DNA from: a virus
Lineage: Duplodnaviria > Caudoviricetes
Length of the DNA: 64,000 bases
IMG/VR virus record: IMGVR_UViG_3300001528_000699
Coordinates: 35,508 to 99,507 of that record
Reading direction: 5' to 3' (one strand)
The notes beneath the pieces were generated by a model. The model made no database searches and was not told the DNA's origin. It was given only the letters and a program-made list of their open reading frames with translations. Positions within the stretch are counted from its first letter, which is position 1. Every line of letters starts with the position of its first letter. A program made the translations under genes and the position numbers. Below, one piece after another: positions 27,395-38,262 of the stretch.

Positions 27395-27426
27395 TCTCGT
27401 GTTTTAATATATTGATGATTTATCCG

Positions 27427-27461
27427 TGAAAGGGAACCTTCAAAAAGTTCCCTTTCATTTT
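27427..27461 (+). terminator. Intrinsic terminator
   Basis: TGAAAGGGAAC/GTTCCCTTTCA + TTTT. Confidence 0.85.
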
Positions 27462-27466
27462 ATCAT

Positions 27467-27498
27467 CTTGATAAATAGAAAAATTATCAGTATTTTTA
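27467..27498 (+). promoter_or_regulatory. Promoter of neck genes
   Basis: CTTG-N20-TATTTTTA. Confidence 0.55.
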
Positions 27499-27522
27499 TG
27501 GTGAAACTTTAAAACTAAAAAC

Positions 27523-28068
27523 ATGAAAATAGAATCACAGGCCTATAAGGGTCAATCAATTAGAATTTTCGACGAGGTGATCACGTTCGGTCTTGATGGA
27601 ATCGTTGAGGTAAACGATGAACTGGGTGAAAGAATTATCAATTCAGGTCTTCGTATTTACAGGGAAGGTGAGGTTCCGTCCAAGAAATCGAAAGCGGAAA
27701 TGGAACTTGAAAAGGAATTGGAGAAGCGCGTTCAAGCGTACAAGGTGGAAAACGACTCTTTGAGAATCCAAATAAACGGCTTGAACGCTAAAATTCAACG
27801 CTTGAATGATGAATTGAAGTTATGGAAAGACGCTTGCGAGTCGTTGAAGAAAGACCCGGCCTCCGATCTTCCTCAAGCGGAATCCATCGAAGAGAAGGAA
27901 GTTGTGAAAAGCGAGGATGATGAGATCCGTGAGCAATTAGAAGGTAAGAAAAAGGATGAACTCGTTGAAATGGCGAAACAGCTCGGAATCACCGAAGATC
28001 AATTAATGATTGATGGCCGGTACAAGAAAAAAGACGAGATCATAGATTTGCTTTTATCCGTGAAATAA
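27523..28068 (+). CDS. Coiled-coil protein with C-terminal HeH/Rho-N-like motif
   Basis: LEGKKKDELVEMAKQLGI...KKKDEIIDLL. Confidence 0.7.
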   Translation: MKIESQAYKGQSIRIFDEVITFGLDGIVEVNDELGERIINSGLRIYREGEVPSKKSKAEMELEKELEKRVQAYKVENDSLRIQINGLNAKIQRLNDELKLWKDACESLKKDPASDLPQAESIEEKEVVKSEDDEIREQLEGKKKDELVEMAKQLGITEDQLMIDGRYKKKDEIIDLLLSVK

Positions 28069-28069
28069 A

Positions 28070-28864
28070 ATGAAACTGACACTATCCATAAAGTACAAGA
28101 AGAACACGGGGTTACTGTTCTCGCCTGCCGAGATCAACACCCTCTATCTTTACGGGATCTCGATAAGCGCGACCAACGGGACCAAGTTCTCGGACGAGGC
28201 TTACGAGTATTACGTGAGAGAAGCGCAGAAAACGGTGGAGAACTGGTTCTCGGTGAAGATCGTGAAGCAATTGATAACGGAATCCTCTTCTTATTACTGG
28301 GATAGTTACAGCCAGCAATTCCCGATAATAAACACGAAGTACATCGTTCAGAAACCTCTAGCGTTGGTTGGTTTACTGAAAACGGTGGAGCAGGTTAGAT
28401 ACCCTGTCGAATGGTTATCCTACGCCAAAGACCCTGACCAGATAGGTGGTAGAAGGATCAGTATAGTCCCCACCGGTTCAGGCTCGATGGCTAACGAGGA
28501 CGTGATTTTAACCGGCATAGTGACACAACTGGGCATACAGAGATTAAGAAACATACCTGATTACTGGAATTACCAGTACATATCCGGGTTCGATCTCGAT
28601 AACCTTCCGTGGGATTTGATAGGTATTATCGGCAAGCTGGCTACTTTCGGACCTCTTAACATAGCGGGTGACATGATTCTCGGTTCGGCGGGTATAGCCA
28701 GCCAATCGCTATCGATAGACGGGCTGAGCCAATCGATATCAACGACGGCTTCAGCCACCTCGGCGGGTTATTCCGCCCGTTTGATCAATTACGGTAAGGA
28801 GATACAGGAAACAGTGAAGAGAATAGAGGGTATTTACAGAGGGTTACAATTCGAGGTACTATGA
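28070..28864 (+). CDS. Head-tail adaptor (neck) protein
   Basis: GIASQSLSIDGLSQS motif; position after capsid. Confidence 0.7.
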   Translation: MKLTLSIKYKKNTGLLFSPAEINTLYLYGISISATNGTKFSDEAYEYYVREAQKTVENWFSVKIVKQLITESSSYYWDSYSQQFPIINTKYIVQKPLALVGLLKTVEQVRYPVEWLSYAKDPDQIGGRRISIVPTGSGSMANEDVILTGIVTQLGIQRLRNIPDYWNYQYISGFDLDNLPWDLIGIIGKLATFGPLNIAGDMILGSAGIASQSLSIDGLSQSISTTASATSAGYSARLINYGKEIQETVKRIEGIYRGLQFEVL

Positions 28865-29616
28865 GCAAGAACTACGTTTTACAGCAATCACCGAACACGA
28901 TCGGCTACCCTTCACCGGAGTTTGATAAAGGTGCTTTCGATGCCGCCATCACCCAGAAAGGGTACAAGATCTATCAAGAGAGGGCGATAGCTTGCCCTTG
29001 CGGGATGGATGCGGGTCATCCTAACCCTTCCTGCCCTCATTGCGGTGGAACTGGTTATTATTACATCGATCCAACCGAGGTGATATGTCTCATAACGGGA
29101 GTTAACGTGAACACGAAGTACCGGGAATGGACGATGGATAATGCCGGAACCATAGCGGTAACCACCTACGACGAGGGGTTGAACTTCAGTTTCTTCGACA
29201 AGTTAACGTTCAAAGAGAAGTTCGGTATATTCTCCGAGAATCGCGTGGTGCGCTCGTTTAACGGCAAGTTTTTCGCCTGGTTGACCTTCCAACCCTTCGA
29301 GATATTTCAGATCGTTATAATCGATTTAAACGGGGATTTGAAGGTGTTATCGAAGGGTGATTACTTCCAGGACAAGGAGAACAACGAGTACGCCCTGTTC
29401 TTCAACGCCGGGTCTGGCGTGATGGATGGAACGGTGGTTTCCGTTTACTACAAGCATTACGTCCAGTACAACGTCATAGACCTACCTCACGAGATACGAG
29501 CCAGTAACGTCACCGATAAGAACGGGAATCTTCAGAAGATAGATCTCCCGGTTCAAGCGATAGCGAGAAGGGCTAATTTCGTGGTTAACGAGGGTAATCA
29601 AACCGTTAAAGAGTGA
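28861..29616 (+). CDS. Head closure/neck protein
   Basis: CPC...CPHCGGTG as in Herelleviridae neck proteins. Confidence 0.7.
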   Translation: MSKNYVLQQSPNTIGYPSPEFDKGAFDAAITQKGYKIYQERAIACPCGMDAGHPNPSCPHCGGTGYYYIDPTEVICLITGVNVNTKYREWTMDNAGTIAVTTYDEGLNFSFFDKLTFKEKFGIFSENRVVRSFNGKFFAWLTFQPFEIFQIVIIDLNGDLKVLSKGDYFQDKENNEYALFFNAGSGVMDGTVVSVYYKHYVQYNVIDLPHEIRASNVTDKNGNLQKIDLPVQAIARRANFVVNEGNQTVKE

Positions 29617-29622
29617 TGAAGT

Positions 29623-30396
29623 ATGGAACCTCTACCGATATACGTTGATCTGAGTGGCGTGGCAGAAGAGCTGTCACTTTCGGCCGAGAGAATGGACGCT
29701 CTATCTTCGTTCGTTCTGGACCGGCTAGTCCAGCGTTACTCGGAAGAGTGGACGAATCTCGTTAACAGGGAGCTGAGGTCAACGAGAAGGGATTACCTTC
29801 AGGCGATGTCTTTCGACAGGGTGTCATCGACTGAAGCGATTTTCACACTTAATTATTCCAAGGGTAACCCGGTCCCGATCATGTTGGAGGTTGGTCACGA
29901 GCCGTTTGACGAGAAGGTGGGGTTTAGTCAATCACCTAAAAGAAAGATGAAGAAAGGCGGTGGTTGGTACATCACGGTTCCTTTCCGTTTCGCCACTAGC
30001 GAGGCGTTAGCCGAATCGGGTGCTTTCTCTGGGATATTACCCAAGATAATACAGAACATGGCGAGAAAATCGGGTTCTCCTTTGAGTCAATCCGATTTAC
30101 CGTCACCCTACTCTTCAACCGGCCAGCGTGCCATCATTAATCGAATGAACAAGAAGGTGGACGAGTACAAGCACAAGGTATCCATCTACGCGGGGTTGGT
30201 CAGAAAGGATATTTCCTCCACCAACCAGGAAAAACGGGGTGGTTATTTCACGTTTAGAAGGGTAAGTGACAAGAGCGACCCTCTATCATGGTGGAATAAA
30301 GGATTCGAGAAGCATGATTTTATGGGGAGGGCGATAACTAGTATGAACATTCAAGCGACCGTCAACATGGCGATCGATAACTTTTTTGAATCATGA
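29623..30396 (+). CDS. Neck/tail completion protein
   Basis: GGWYITVPFR, TFRRVSDKSDP.SW. Confidence 0.65.
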   Translation: MEPLPIYVDLSGVAEELSLSAERMDALSSFVLDRLVQRYSEEWTNLVNRELRSTRRDYLQAMSFDRVSSTEAIFTLNYSKGNPVPIMLEVGHEPFDEKVGFSQSPKRKMKKGGGWYITVPFRFATSEALAESGAFSGILPKIIQNMARKSGSPLSQSDLPSPYSSTGQRAIINRMNKKVDEYKHKVSIYAGLVRKDISSTNQEKRGGYFTFRRVSDKSDPLSWWNKGFEKHDFMGRAITSMNIQATVNMAIDNFFES

Positions 30397-31070
30397 TAAG
30401 TCCGATTTATAACTTAAAAGGAATAGTGGAATCGCTCCTTCAATGGGTGAAGGATGATTTCGCCTCTTTCGATGACGAGAAGGATACGTGGTTGTACCAG
30501 ATGGTGCATCTAGGTGAGAGGGAGGGTGACGTTGACGAGTACTACGAGATAGCGAAGGAAATTTTCTTGAGGAAGAAAACGTCACGCAAGATGTTATCCG
30601 TCGAGCTGGAATTTCCGAAGGATACATCACTGTTACCCGTTATAGTTCTACGTGAGCCTTCGAGAGTGGATGGTGATACGAACGTTATAGGTGCCACCGA
30701 TAGCGAGATCATATCCTACGATGGAGGAACGCAAATGCAGGTTTTCCGGGATTCAAAGCGATTCTCCTACGATTTGATGTGCGTGGGGTTGAATTACAAG
30801 GAGACCCTAACTATCTCTGACGTGATGTACGGGTTGGTGGTAGGCGCTTACAACACGTTCGCGAGGGATTACGAGAAGGTCGGGTTCAATTTGAGGGAAT
30901 TGATGGTGAACTCGGAGCTGAACCCGTACCCCACGTTTATTCGATCGGTTGGAATAGATCTCCAGAGATCCAATTTCATACCGTCGATAGAGAGAAGAAC
31001 TTTCCTGGATAGCATGAAATTTCAGGTTAAGATAGAAACTAAAATACCTTCTAAAAACGAAGGAAATTGA
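30393..31070 (+). CDS. Putative tail terminator
   Basis: Position immediately before sheath. Confidence 0.55.
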   Translation: MISPIYNLKGIVESLLQWVKDDFASFDDEKDTWLYQMVHLGEREGDVDEYYEIAKEIFLRKKTSRKMLSVELEFPKDTSLLPVIVLREPSRVDGDTNVIGATDSEIISYDGGTQMQVFRDSKRFSYDLMCVGLNYKETLTISDVMYGLVVGAYNTFARDYEKVGFNLRELMVNSELNPYPTFIRSVGIDLQRSNFIPSIERRTFLDSMKFQVKIETKIPSKNEGN

Positions 31071-31184
31071 TAATAAGGGCGGTGAAGGAGGTAATTTTCA
31101 CCAAAATGAGCTTTTAATTTTCATCATTGACGAAAATTCCTTATCTTTATAACGCATAAGATTAGATTTTTAAAACGATATACA

Positions 31185-32879
31185 ATGGCAATATCTGTAT
31201 ATTTTAACAATAAAAAAATCACTTTACCGGGAGCTTACGCGACCGTCGCTGCCGGTGAGCAGAACGATCCACGAGCGTTGGATTACGGTAAATGCCTGAT
31301 CATAGATACCGGCTCGTTTTATAAGGATAAAAAATTTCCTGGAACGGAAAAATCATTACCAAATTGGGGTGGTGGTTCCGGTATTCAAACAAGTGGAACG
31401 ACCCCTATCAATAACGGGGTGAACGCTATTTATCGATTCGATAATATCGATGATTTTCGATCATTCATTAAAGGCGGGATGTATTGGCAGCTCGCTAACG
31501 CTTTATTTTTCCCGGACGCCAGCAACCCGGCGGCTGTTGGCGTTTCGGAGATCATGTTCGTGAGAGCGGCTCAAACCACTCCGGCAACGATGACTTTTAA
31601 TGGAAAAAATAACGGTGTGTTTAAGATCATAACGCTTGACGAAGGGGATTGCGCTAATGGTTTAGGGAAAAATGGTGAAGCGGCCACGGATGATCTTGCA
31701 ACCGGATACGCTTTTAAGATCATAGCGGGTGTTCTTGATCCTGCTAAATATATTTTCCAAATATGGAGAGGAACCTACACCGGCGTTGCAGATGATGGAG
31801 TTTCGTTTAATGAAGTTTCTCTTGATGATGCGGCAAAATCACCTAGATTAATAATAGAATCGCCTGAAGTTACCAAGATGCAAGACTTGATTGATTGGGC
31901 AAATGGAAGCTCGGAGTTTAACCGATTATTCAAGGTTGATTTAACTAATTCGATCGGTGATGGTAATTTGGATGCAACCGACATCAAGTCCACATTTACC
32001 CCGGCAAGTAATGGAACTCAAACTTACAATGCAACTTATTTTGAGCAGGTTCTTGCATCAATAACAAATTTGGATAACAGCTTTGTGTTTACCGATATTC
32101 ATGGAACGAATGCGTACAATGATGATAAAATAACCAAACTAATCGCACACATCAATAATACAGCCAAGTTCAAAAAGCAATTATTCATAGGCGCTGGTGA
32201 AGATGAAGGGGAGTTCCCAGATTCGTTAACAGCGGCTCAAGAATTAGATTCATCGCGCGTTTGCGTTGTTCATGGTGGTGTTGGAATGCCTTCTAACGCT
32301 CTAGGTGTTGGGTATCGTTGGTGGGGCGTTATGTATAATCTGTGTAGCATTCTTGGTCGTACTGCCGGTAAAGCACCTCAGGTTCCTGTAACGAATAAGA
32401 GTATCGGGGTATCGAAATTGAAACATCAATTAAATGATACCGATAAGAAAAAGGCGTTAAACGCTGGCGTTCTTGTTACCGTTTATAACGAGAGCCTTCA
32501 AAAATTCGTTGTTTTGCAGGGTATTAACACGCTTCAAAACAATCAGGTTCTGTTTACGGGAGAGGGCGAGTCATTTTCTATACAATTTATGAGAATCGTT
32601 GATCAGATTAACAAAGAATTGATTGTTAATAGCGAGATCGATTTGCTTGGCGCAGAGAACGGGGTTAACTCAAACACCTTGAGTGCCGGTATCTTGAAGA
32701 ACTGGACCGAGAATTACCTTCTAACGAGAACCGCCACGGCAACGTCAGATAATCTCTTGCTTTCTTATCGTAACGTGACGGTAACCAAGAAAGATGATTA
32801 TTACCTCGTTACTTACGGTATCGTGATTAACAACGAGATCAATAAGATTTTCTTCACCGGGTTCGTTTTTAAAAATTAA
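31185..32879 (+). CDS. Tail sheath protein
   Basis: ITLPGAY N-terminus, VVLQGINT, size and position; TATCTTTA box at 31142-31149. Confidence 0.9.
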   Translation: MAISVYFNNKKITLPGAYATVAAGEQNDPRALDYGKCLIIDTGSFYKDKKFPGTEKSLPNWGGGSGIQTSGTTPINNGVNAIYRFDNIDDFRSFIKGGMYWQLANALFFPDASNPAAVGVSEIMFVRAAQTTPATMTFNGKNNGVFKIITLDEGDCANGLGKNGEAATDDLATGYAFKIIAGVLDPAKYIFQIWRGTYTGVADDGVSFNEVSLDDAAKSPRLIIESPEVTKMQDLIDWANGSSEFNRLFKVDLTNSIGDGNLDATDIKSTFTPASNGTQTYNATYFEQVLASITNLDNSFVFTDIHGTNAYNDDKITKLIAHINNTAKFKKQLFIGAGEDEGEFPDSLTAAQELDSSRVCVVHGGVGMPSNALGVGYRWWGVMYNLCSILGRTAGKAPQVPVTNKSIGVSKLKHQLNDTDKKKALNAGVLVTVYNESLQKFVVLQGINTLQNNQVLFTGEGESFSIQFMRIVDQINKELIVNSEIDLLGAENGVNSNTLSAGILKNWTENYLLTRTATATSDNLLLSYRNVTVTKKDDYYLVTYGIVINNEINKIFFTGFVFKN

Positions 32880-32885
32880 TGAAAA

Positions 32886-33371
32886 ATGGATAAGATAAAA
32901 TCTTTCGGGGCGCCAATGGCGGCCGTTTACATAGATAACGAACTTGTTGGTCAGATGCAGCAAGTTCAATTCACCGAGCAAACCACTCTAACCCCGGTTA
33001 GAGGGCTCGGGGATTTACTGGTAGGTGAGTTCGTGCCAACCGCTATCGATTGTAGTTTCAGTTCTAACTATTTCTTCATCGGCTTTGACACGCCGTGGTT
33101 CAAGAAAATGTTGAACAGGTTCGGGTCAGTCGAGGAAGTGGTGAACACGATTTCCTTGATGCAATTATCTTTCTCCCTAGTTGTTTATCGGAAAGACGTT
33201 ACCGGGGTGGATGAAACCAATCGCTTGGTCACGGATACCAATACCACCGGTCAAACCATCATGAAAGCGAGAGATTGCGTGATGGAGACGATGTCCTGGA
33301 ATATCACGGTTGGAGGTATAGCCACCACCGACGTTTCAGGTCGTTACAAGACTCCCATGGTGATGGGCTAA
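32886..33371 (+). CDS. Tail tube protein
   Basis: 161 aa after sheath; VRGLG...EFVPT. Confidence 0.85.
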   Translation: MDKIKSFGAPMAAVYIDNELVGQMQQVQFTEQTTLTPVRGLGDLLVGEFVPTAIDCSFSSNYFFIGFDTPWFKKMLNRFGSVEEVVNTISLMQLSFSLVVYRKDVTGVDETNRLVTDTNTTGQTIMKARDCVMETMSWNITVGGIATTDVSGRYKTPMVMG

Positions 33372-33389
33372 AAATCAAAAACATGAGAT

Positions 33390-33734
33390 ATGATGGAGAA
33401 AATTCTATTTAAAGTTAAGACTTCAACAGTTCAGAACGAGTACGAGGTCAGTTTTCCAACGGTTGGTCAGTACCGGGATATAGAGGTTTACAAGCAGATG
33501 CTTTCTAACGGGATGTATTCAAGCCTGGTTACTTCCGCCACTTCCGGTGCCATGAACGCTCTTGATATCATCGATATCGAGGCCACTTTACGGGTTCTAT
33601 GCCCCAAGTTCATGGAGGATTTGAAGTGCGAGATCCGGGATTTAAGCATCAAGGATTTCGCGATCATCAAGGAATCGTATAACCGTGACGTGAAACCGCT
33701 CGTGGATGAGATAGAGAAGTTGATGAAAATTTAA
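33390..33734 (+). CDS. Tail assembly chaperone
   Basis: Position between tube and tape measure. Confidence 0.65.
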   Translation: MMEKILFKVKTSTVQNEYEVSFPTVGQYRDIEVYKQMLSNGMYSSLVTSATSGAMNALDIIDIEATLRVLCPKFMEDLKCEIRDLSIKDFAIIKESYNRDVKPLVDEIEKLMKI

Positions 33735-33739
33735 ACGCC

Positions 33740-34039
33740 ATGTCGAACGAGTACAGGGAGTTCATGGTTAAATGGAACCTCAAGTTCCCTATCGATCGGT
33801 GGTATAGAGAAAAGCACAAGATTCCCTTCATGTCTAAACAACACAGGGAATCTTCTTTTTTAAACATGAGATTGGAATGGGAGGAGGATCGACTCTTCAA
33901 GGAGATTGACGAGGATGTTTACGAACCGGGTAAGGGTGATTTCCTTAAAGGGAGAAAGTCGAGCTTAACCATGGATGATCGTGCGGCTCAAGCACGGGAT
34001 TTCTTACAAAAGATGCAGGAGGCAAACGATGGACAATAA
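33740..34039 (+). CDS. Second tail assembly chaperone-like protein
   Basis: Position; W(Y)REKHKIP motif. Confidence 0.55.
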   Translation: MSNEYREFMVKWNLKFPIDRWYREKHKIPFMSKQHRESSFLNMRLEWEEDRLFKEIDEDVYEPGKGDFLKGRKSSLTMDDRAAQARDFLQKMQEANDGQ

Positions 34040-36011
34040 CGCTAGAGTAAGGATACAGGTCGATGATTCGAAGATACGCGCCCTCAAGCAGAGCGCGTCC
34101 GAGCTGTACAACAAGCTATCCGAGCAAGCTAAAGCACAGGCGAGGGATTTACGTGACGCTAACCGGCAGATAGAGGAGCAGATCCGGTTGATCGAGAGGA
34201 GAAACGATACGGCGACTCGCTCCCGCCGCGCCGAGATAGAGCACGATAAGAGAACGGGGAGATTGACGGGTCGCTCGTACGAGGCGGCCGTGAGGGGAAT
34301 CGATCAAAGGGCTTTCGCTGACCAGGAGAGGGTTCGTGCCCTTCGTGGCTTGATGGATATAGAGTTCGGCCCGAGAGCGAGGGCGATGGAGCAATTCGGC
34401 GATATATCGAGAACTGCCGTTCTGGGAGGTGGAAGCGTTTCCGGTGGTATAGAGGAGGGGATCAGGAGAAGGGAGATCGCCGGCCGAAGGGCGTTCGCCT
34501 TGCAGGAAAACCAGCTTCGTTCCCGCTACGAGCAAGGGTATTTGAGCCGGGATCAATACGGTCGTGGATTACGTGATTTAAGGGCCGAACAGAGACAGGA
34601 TGCACTTCTAGTCAAGCTACTGAGAGAAATAGCGGATAACACGAAGAATGACGCCAGAAAATCAGCGGAAGAGCTCGTTAAACGTCTCGGTGTTCGTTCG
34701 AGGGAGGACGCGGCTAAATGGATCACCGATCTTGAAGGAAAAAGAACGGGAACCGCTGCCGATATAATGAGAAGGCAGGAAGCCGCGTCAATATTAAGGG
34801 AGAAGTATAATATAGGTGCCTCCACTAGAGGAGATGGTGGTCTATTATCTATGCTATCAGGGGGAGGCATTAGAGGTGCTATTTCAACGTTCGCACCATC
34901 AATGCTAGCTTTAGCGGCTGCTAAGTTGGTGTGGAATGGAGTTCAACGCGTCGGAGAAATTCAGTCATCAGGTCGAGATATTGCCGCCATGAATCCCGGC
35001 CTCGATCTTAATGACGTATGGTCAATGTCTCTTGATAGAGGGAGGAGAGGTGTCGCCCTAGGTTTATCAGGAATTGATTTTTTAAGATACAGGGCTGGAT
35101 ATCAAAGGGCATCAGGACGATTAATTTCGGCTGATGAAGCGATAGGAAATTTCGCGCAACAAAGGGCGTTGGGTTTAAGTGACGAGCAATATAACCAGAT
35201 GCTCGCTCTCGGTAGATTTAACAGGGGGAGGTCAGCTCAAGGAGCTATATCGGCACTTGAGGGCGTAACGATGAGGAGATTTGGAAACTTATCGCTATTA
35301 CCTGAAATAATTGAAACATACCAACGAGCTGCTCAAAACATTTTAAACGTTCGTGGTGATTTTAATCAAAACGCTGTTGCTGGAGTCATACAAGGATTGA
35401 GCGTTGGAACTGGAGCTCAGGGTGCTCAATTAAATAGGATAGTCGGTGGGTTGCAAAATATAGGTAATAACGGGAATCCATTGGCTATGGCTATGGCTTA
35501 CCGTGCCGCTAGGTTAACGAACCCGAATATAGATGTTTGGGGTGCGAGTAAATTGATAGAGGACCCTTTAAGCAACACTGATTTTTTAAGAACATATCTT
35601 CAGCAGATACAACAAGGTGCGGGTGGTGGTTCCTCCGCTAAGTTTTTAGCGAAAGCTATTCTTCCGGGCGTATCCTTTGATGACATAGATAAATTATTCG
35701 GGGCAAGAGGTGATCGTGATTTTGATAAAATTATAGGTGAGATACGAACAGGTGGAAGGAAGGATTACGAGCCAAGGGCGAAAGATTTAACAACAACGTA
35801 CGAGAAAATTGTCTCTGATCTTGAACTTGTAAAAGATGAAGCGATTGATACTGCTAAAAAAATGGCTGAGGGTGCTAGAACTGAAGCCGAGGCGAGACAA
35901 CGTATGGCCAAGAAATTTGAAGATTTACTTGATAGGGCTGATAATACCATCGATAAGATAAATTATAGCCTTAATTTATATAACATGATGAATCCGTATG
36001 GGGCGAATTAA
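34029..36011 (+). CDS. Tape measure protein
   Basis: Long helical A/G/R-rich protein after chaperones; start moved to MDNNARV. Confidence 0.75.
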   Translation: MDNNARVRIQVDDSKIRALKQSASELYNKLSEQAKAQARDLRDANRQIEEQIRLIERRNDTATRSRRAEIEHDKRTGRLTGRSYEAAVRGIDQRAFADQERVRALRGLMDIEFGPRARAMEQFGDISRTAVLGGGSVSGGIEEGIRRREIAGRRAFALQENQLRSRYEQGYLSRDQYGRGLRDLRAEQRQDALLVKLLREIADNTKNDARKSAEELVKRLGVRSREDAAKWITDLEGKRTGTAADIMRRQEAASILREKYNIGASTRGDGGLLSMLSGGGIRGAISTFAPSMLALAAAKLVWNGVQRVGEIQSSGRDIAAMNPGLDLNDVWSMSLDRGRRGVALGLSGIDFLRYRAGYQRASGRLISADEAIGNFAQQRALGLSDEQYNQMLALGRFNRGRSAQGAISALEGVTMRRFGNLSLLPEIIETYQRAAQNILNVRGDFNQNAVAGVIQGLSVGTGAQGAQLNRIVGGLQNIGNNGNPLAMAMAYRAARLTNPNIDVWGASKLIEDPLSNTDFLRTYLQQIQQGAGGGSSAKFLAKAILPGVSFDDIDKLFGARGDRDFDKIIGEIRTGGRKDYEPRAKDLTTTYEKIVSDLELVKDEAIDTAKKMAEGARTEAEARQRMAKKFEDLLDRADNTIDKINYSLNLYNMMNPYGAN

Positions 36012-36013
36012 TT

Positions 36014-38260
36014 ATGAAAGGTTTATTAGTATCCATAGATAGGAATATAACGGTTGATGATTTCGTTAAAAATTTTAACGAGAAAAATAATCTATCAGGA
36101 CAAGATAAGTTAACGCTAGATGATTTTTTTAATTTTTCAGGAGATTCAAATATATCGAATGAAAAAAGAATATTGTCATCTTACACACCCGAGGAGAAAA
36201 AAGAATGGGTCGTTGGGTCATCTCCTTCTATGATTAAAAAGGGGTCAACAATCACAACTCCTTTAAATAAATTTATAACCGAAAGACAATTAATTTACGG
36301 GAAGAATCAAATTCTTATTCAAAAAGATTTTAATGCTTATTTTTCGGAATATCAAAGGATATTGAAAGATAATGATGGTTATCAAAAATCGAGTGTTTTG
36401 GTTTCTCAAATAAATAGAGGGCTTATTGATGTGCAAATTATCAATATAAACGTTCGTGTATGGATTTATAGCAAGGTTCTCGGTGAATTAATAGATGTAT
36501 CTCCTCTTGTTTTATCATGCTCGACGTCCAAAAGAGTCGATATGGGTAATTTCGCCATCACTCTATCGCCATCAAGAAAAATGACATTTGATGTTGAATA
36601 TCAATCGTCTTCAAACGAGAAAGGTGTTGTGAATATATTTAATATATTTTCGAATCGGGGTGATTTAACGTCTGATTATTTTGAAAAATACATTCAATAC
36701 AATGATCTTGTTTTTATTCGCTTCGAATCTCTTGAAATGGAAAAAGACGAGATCGGGTACGAAAGTGGTCAGGTTTTGCGTCTAAGCTCTTTGGCGAATC
36801 CCACGAAAGAACCCGGCGATAATCCTGCTTGGTACAGAGTTTGGGATATGATAGGTTTTGTTGATACAGTATCGTCATCTACCAATTTTGGTTACACGGA
36901 TAAAAATGTAACGATTTCAGGTAGGGATTTTATGAAACTGTTAATAGAGGATGGTGCCTATTTTTATCCATACAAGTATATGTCCGGTGGGGAAAATAAA
37001 TCTGTTTGGATGGGTAACGAGGATTCGGGTGTTTTTAAGAGAAACGTGTTAACAGGAGCTTACGATGAGTATTTTTTTAATTACGAGTTAAAAGATATAA
37101 GGGGGTACTTGGGGTTCGTTATAAACCACCTATCAAATTTGGGTATTATACCGGATGATGTTTTTAGTAGTTACGGGGAAAGAAGGTCGAAATTAAATAA
37201 GGTGCCGGGGTTAAGAGAGCAGGATAGAAAATTGAAAGGTGTTTGGTCGATAGTTAAATTGTTTGTTGATGATAATTTAGAAGATAGGGCCTTTTCGGGG
37301 GATCTTGGGAATCCGGATGGGACACTTCTTGAATTTTTTAATAGAGCTTGTCAGCGACCGTTCGTGGAAGTGATAGGTGATACATGGATTGATACTTTTA
37401 ATTTCACAGTTCGGCAACCCCCTTTTACAGGATCAGCTATAAGAAGTGTTATAAACGATCATAATAATTATATCACGATAGAAAACAAGGATCTTTTGGA
37501 TATAAATTTAAGCTATGATACAACGTATTATAGCTGGTATCAGGTAACGCCGTCGGATACAGTTATCGGAGAGGTTGGTAAGGTAACGGCAGCCTTTATC
37601 CCTATTATATTCTTACCTCAAATCGCAGCGGTTTTCGGCAATAAAAAATTGCAGATTTCCGATATTTATATTTATGTTGGATCTTTGAAGGGTCAAGAAC
37701 AGGTCGGGGATATAGGCGTGTTGACGTATGCTGTTTTAAGCGATTTATTATTTTTAATTGAATCAACCGCTTATCTTCCGTTTACAAGGAGAGGCACAGT
37801 GAAAGTGAACGGTGATAGAAGAATAAAAGTTGGGTCCTTTGTGAGAATTGATTCAACGGATGAATTATATTACGTTACGGGCGTTAGCAATAATCTTTCA
37901 ATAAGTTCTTCTATTGAAAGGACAACAACGATAACTATTGAGAGAGGGATGAAATGGGATCTTATAAAAGGCGTCGATGTTTACAATCAATACGTTGCGA
38001 AAGATCCATCTTTTAATAAAGTTGATTTGGGATTTGAGAAGCCGAACACATCGATCGAGACAAAAAGAAAACCTTCCGTTATAAATGAAAAATATTCGTA
38101 TTTTAATATAATTAATACGACAGAAATAAAAAATTCGATTATTTCAAATTGGGGTAAAGGCGATTATTCATACACAAACACGGTTAAATCGGATTTTGGT
38201 GTAAACTCCGATGTTTTTGATTACATGATGAAACGCAAGTATATTGACGAAAATTCTTAA
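36014..38260 (+). CDS. Baseplate hub protein
   Basis: TISGRDFMKLL; GTVKVNGDRRIKVG...YYVTGVSN. Confidence 0.7.
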   Translation: MKGLLVSIDRNITVDDFVKNFNEKNNLSGQDKLTLDDFFNFSGDSNISNEKRILSSYTPEEKKEWVVGSSPSMIKKGSTITTPLNKFITERQLIYGKNQILIQKDFNAYFSEYQRILKDNDGYQKSSVLVSQINRGLIDVQIININVRVWIYSKVLGELIDVSPLVLSCSTSKRVDMGNFAITLSPSRKMTFDVEYQSSSNEKGVVNIFNIFSNRGDLTSDYFEKYIQYNDLVFIRFESLEMEKDEIGYESGQVLRLSSLANPTKEPGDNPAWYRVWDMIGFVDTVSSSTNFGYTDKNVTISGRDFMKLLIEDGAYFYPYKYMSGGENKSVWMGNEDSGVFKRNVLTGAYDEYFFNYELKDIRGYLGFVINHLSNLGIIPDDVFSSYGERRSKLNKVPGLREQDRKLKGVWSIVKLFVDDNLEDRAFSGDLGNPDGTLLEFFNRACQRPFVEVIGDTWIDTFNFTVRQPPFTGSAIRSVINDHNNYITIENKDLLDINLSYDTTYYSWYQVTPSDTVIGEVGKVTAAFIPIIFLPQIAAVFGNKKLQISDIYIYVGSLKGQEQVGDIGVLTYAVLSDLLFLIESTAYLPFTRRGTVKVNGDRRIKVGSFVRIDSTDELYYVTGVSNNLSISSSIERTTTITIERGMKWDLIKGVDVYNQYVAKDPSFNKVDLGFEKPNTSIETKRKPSVINEKYSYFNIINTTEIKNSIISNWGKGDYSYTNTVKSDFGVNSDVFDYMMKRKYIDENS

Positions 38261-38262
38261 TT

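Noticed and set aside
33720-33742. Programmed -1 frameshift between tail chaperones
   Set aside because: The -1 frame is open, but AAATTTA is not in canonical X XXY YYZ phase and the second gene has its own ATG; not supportable
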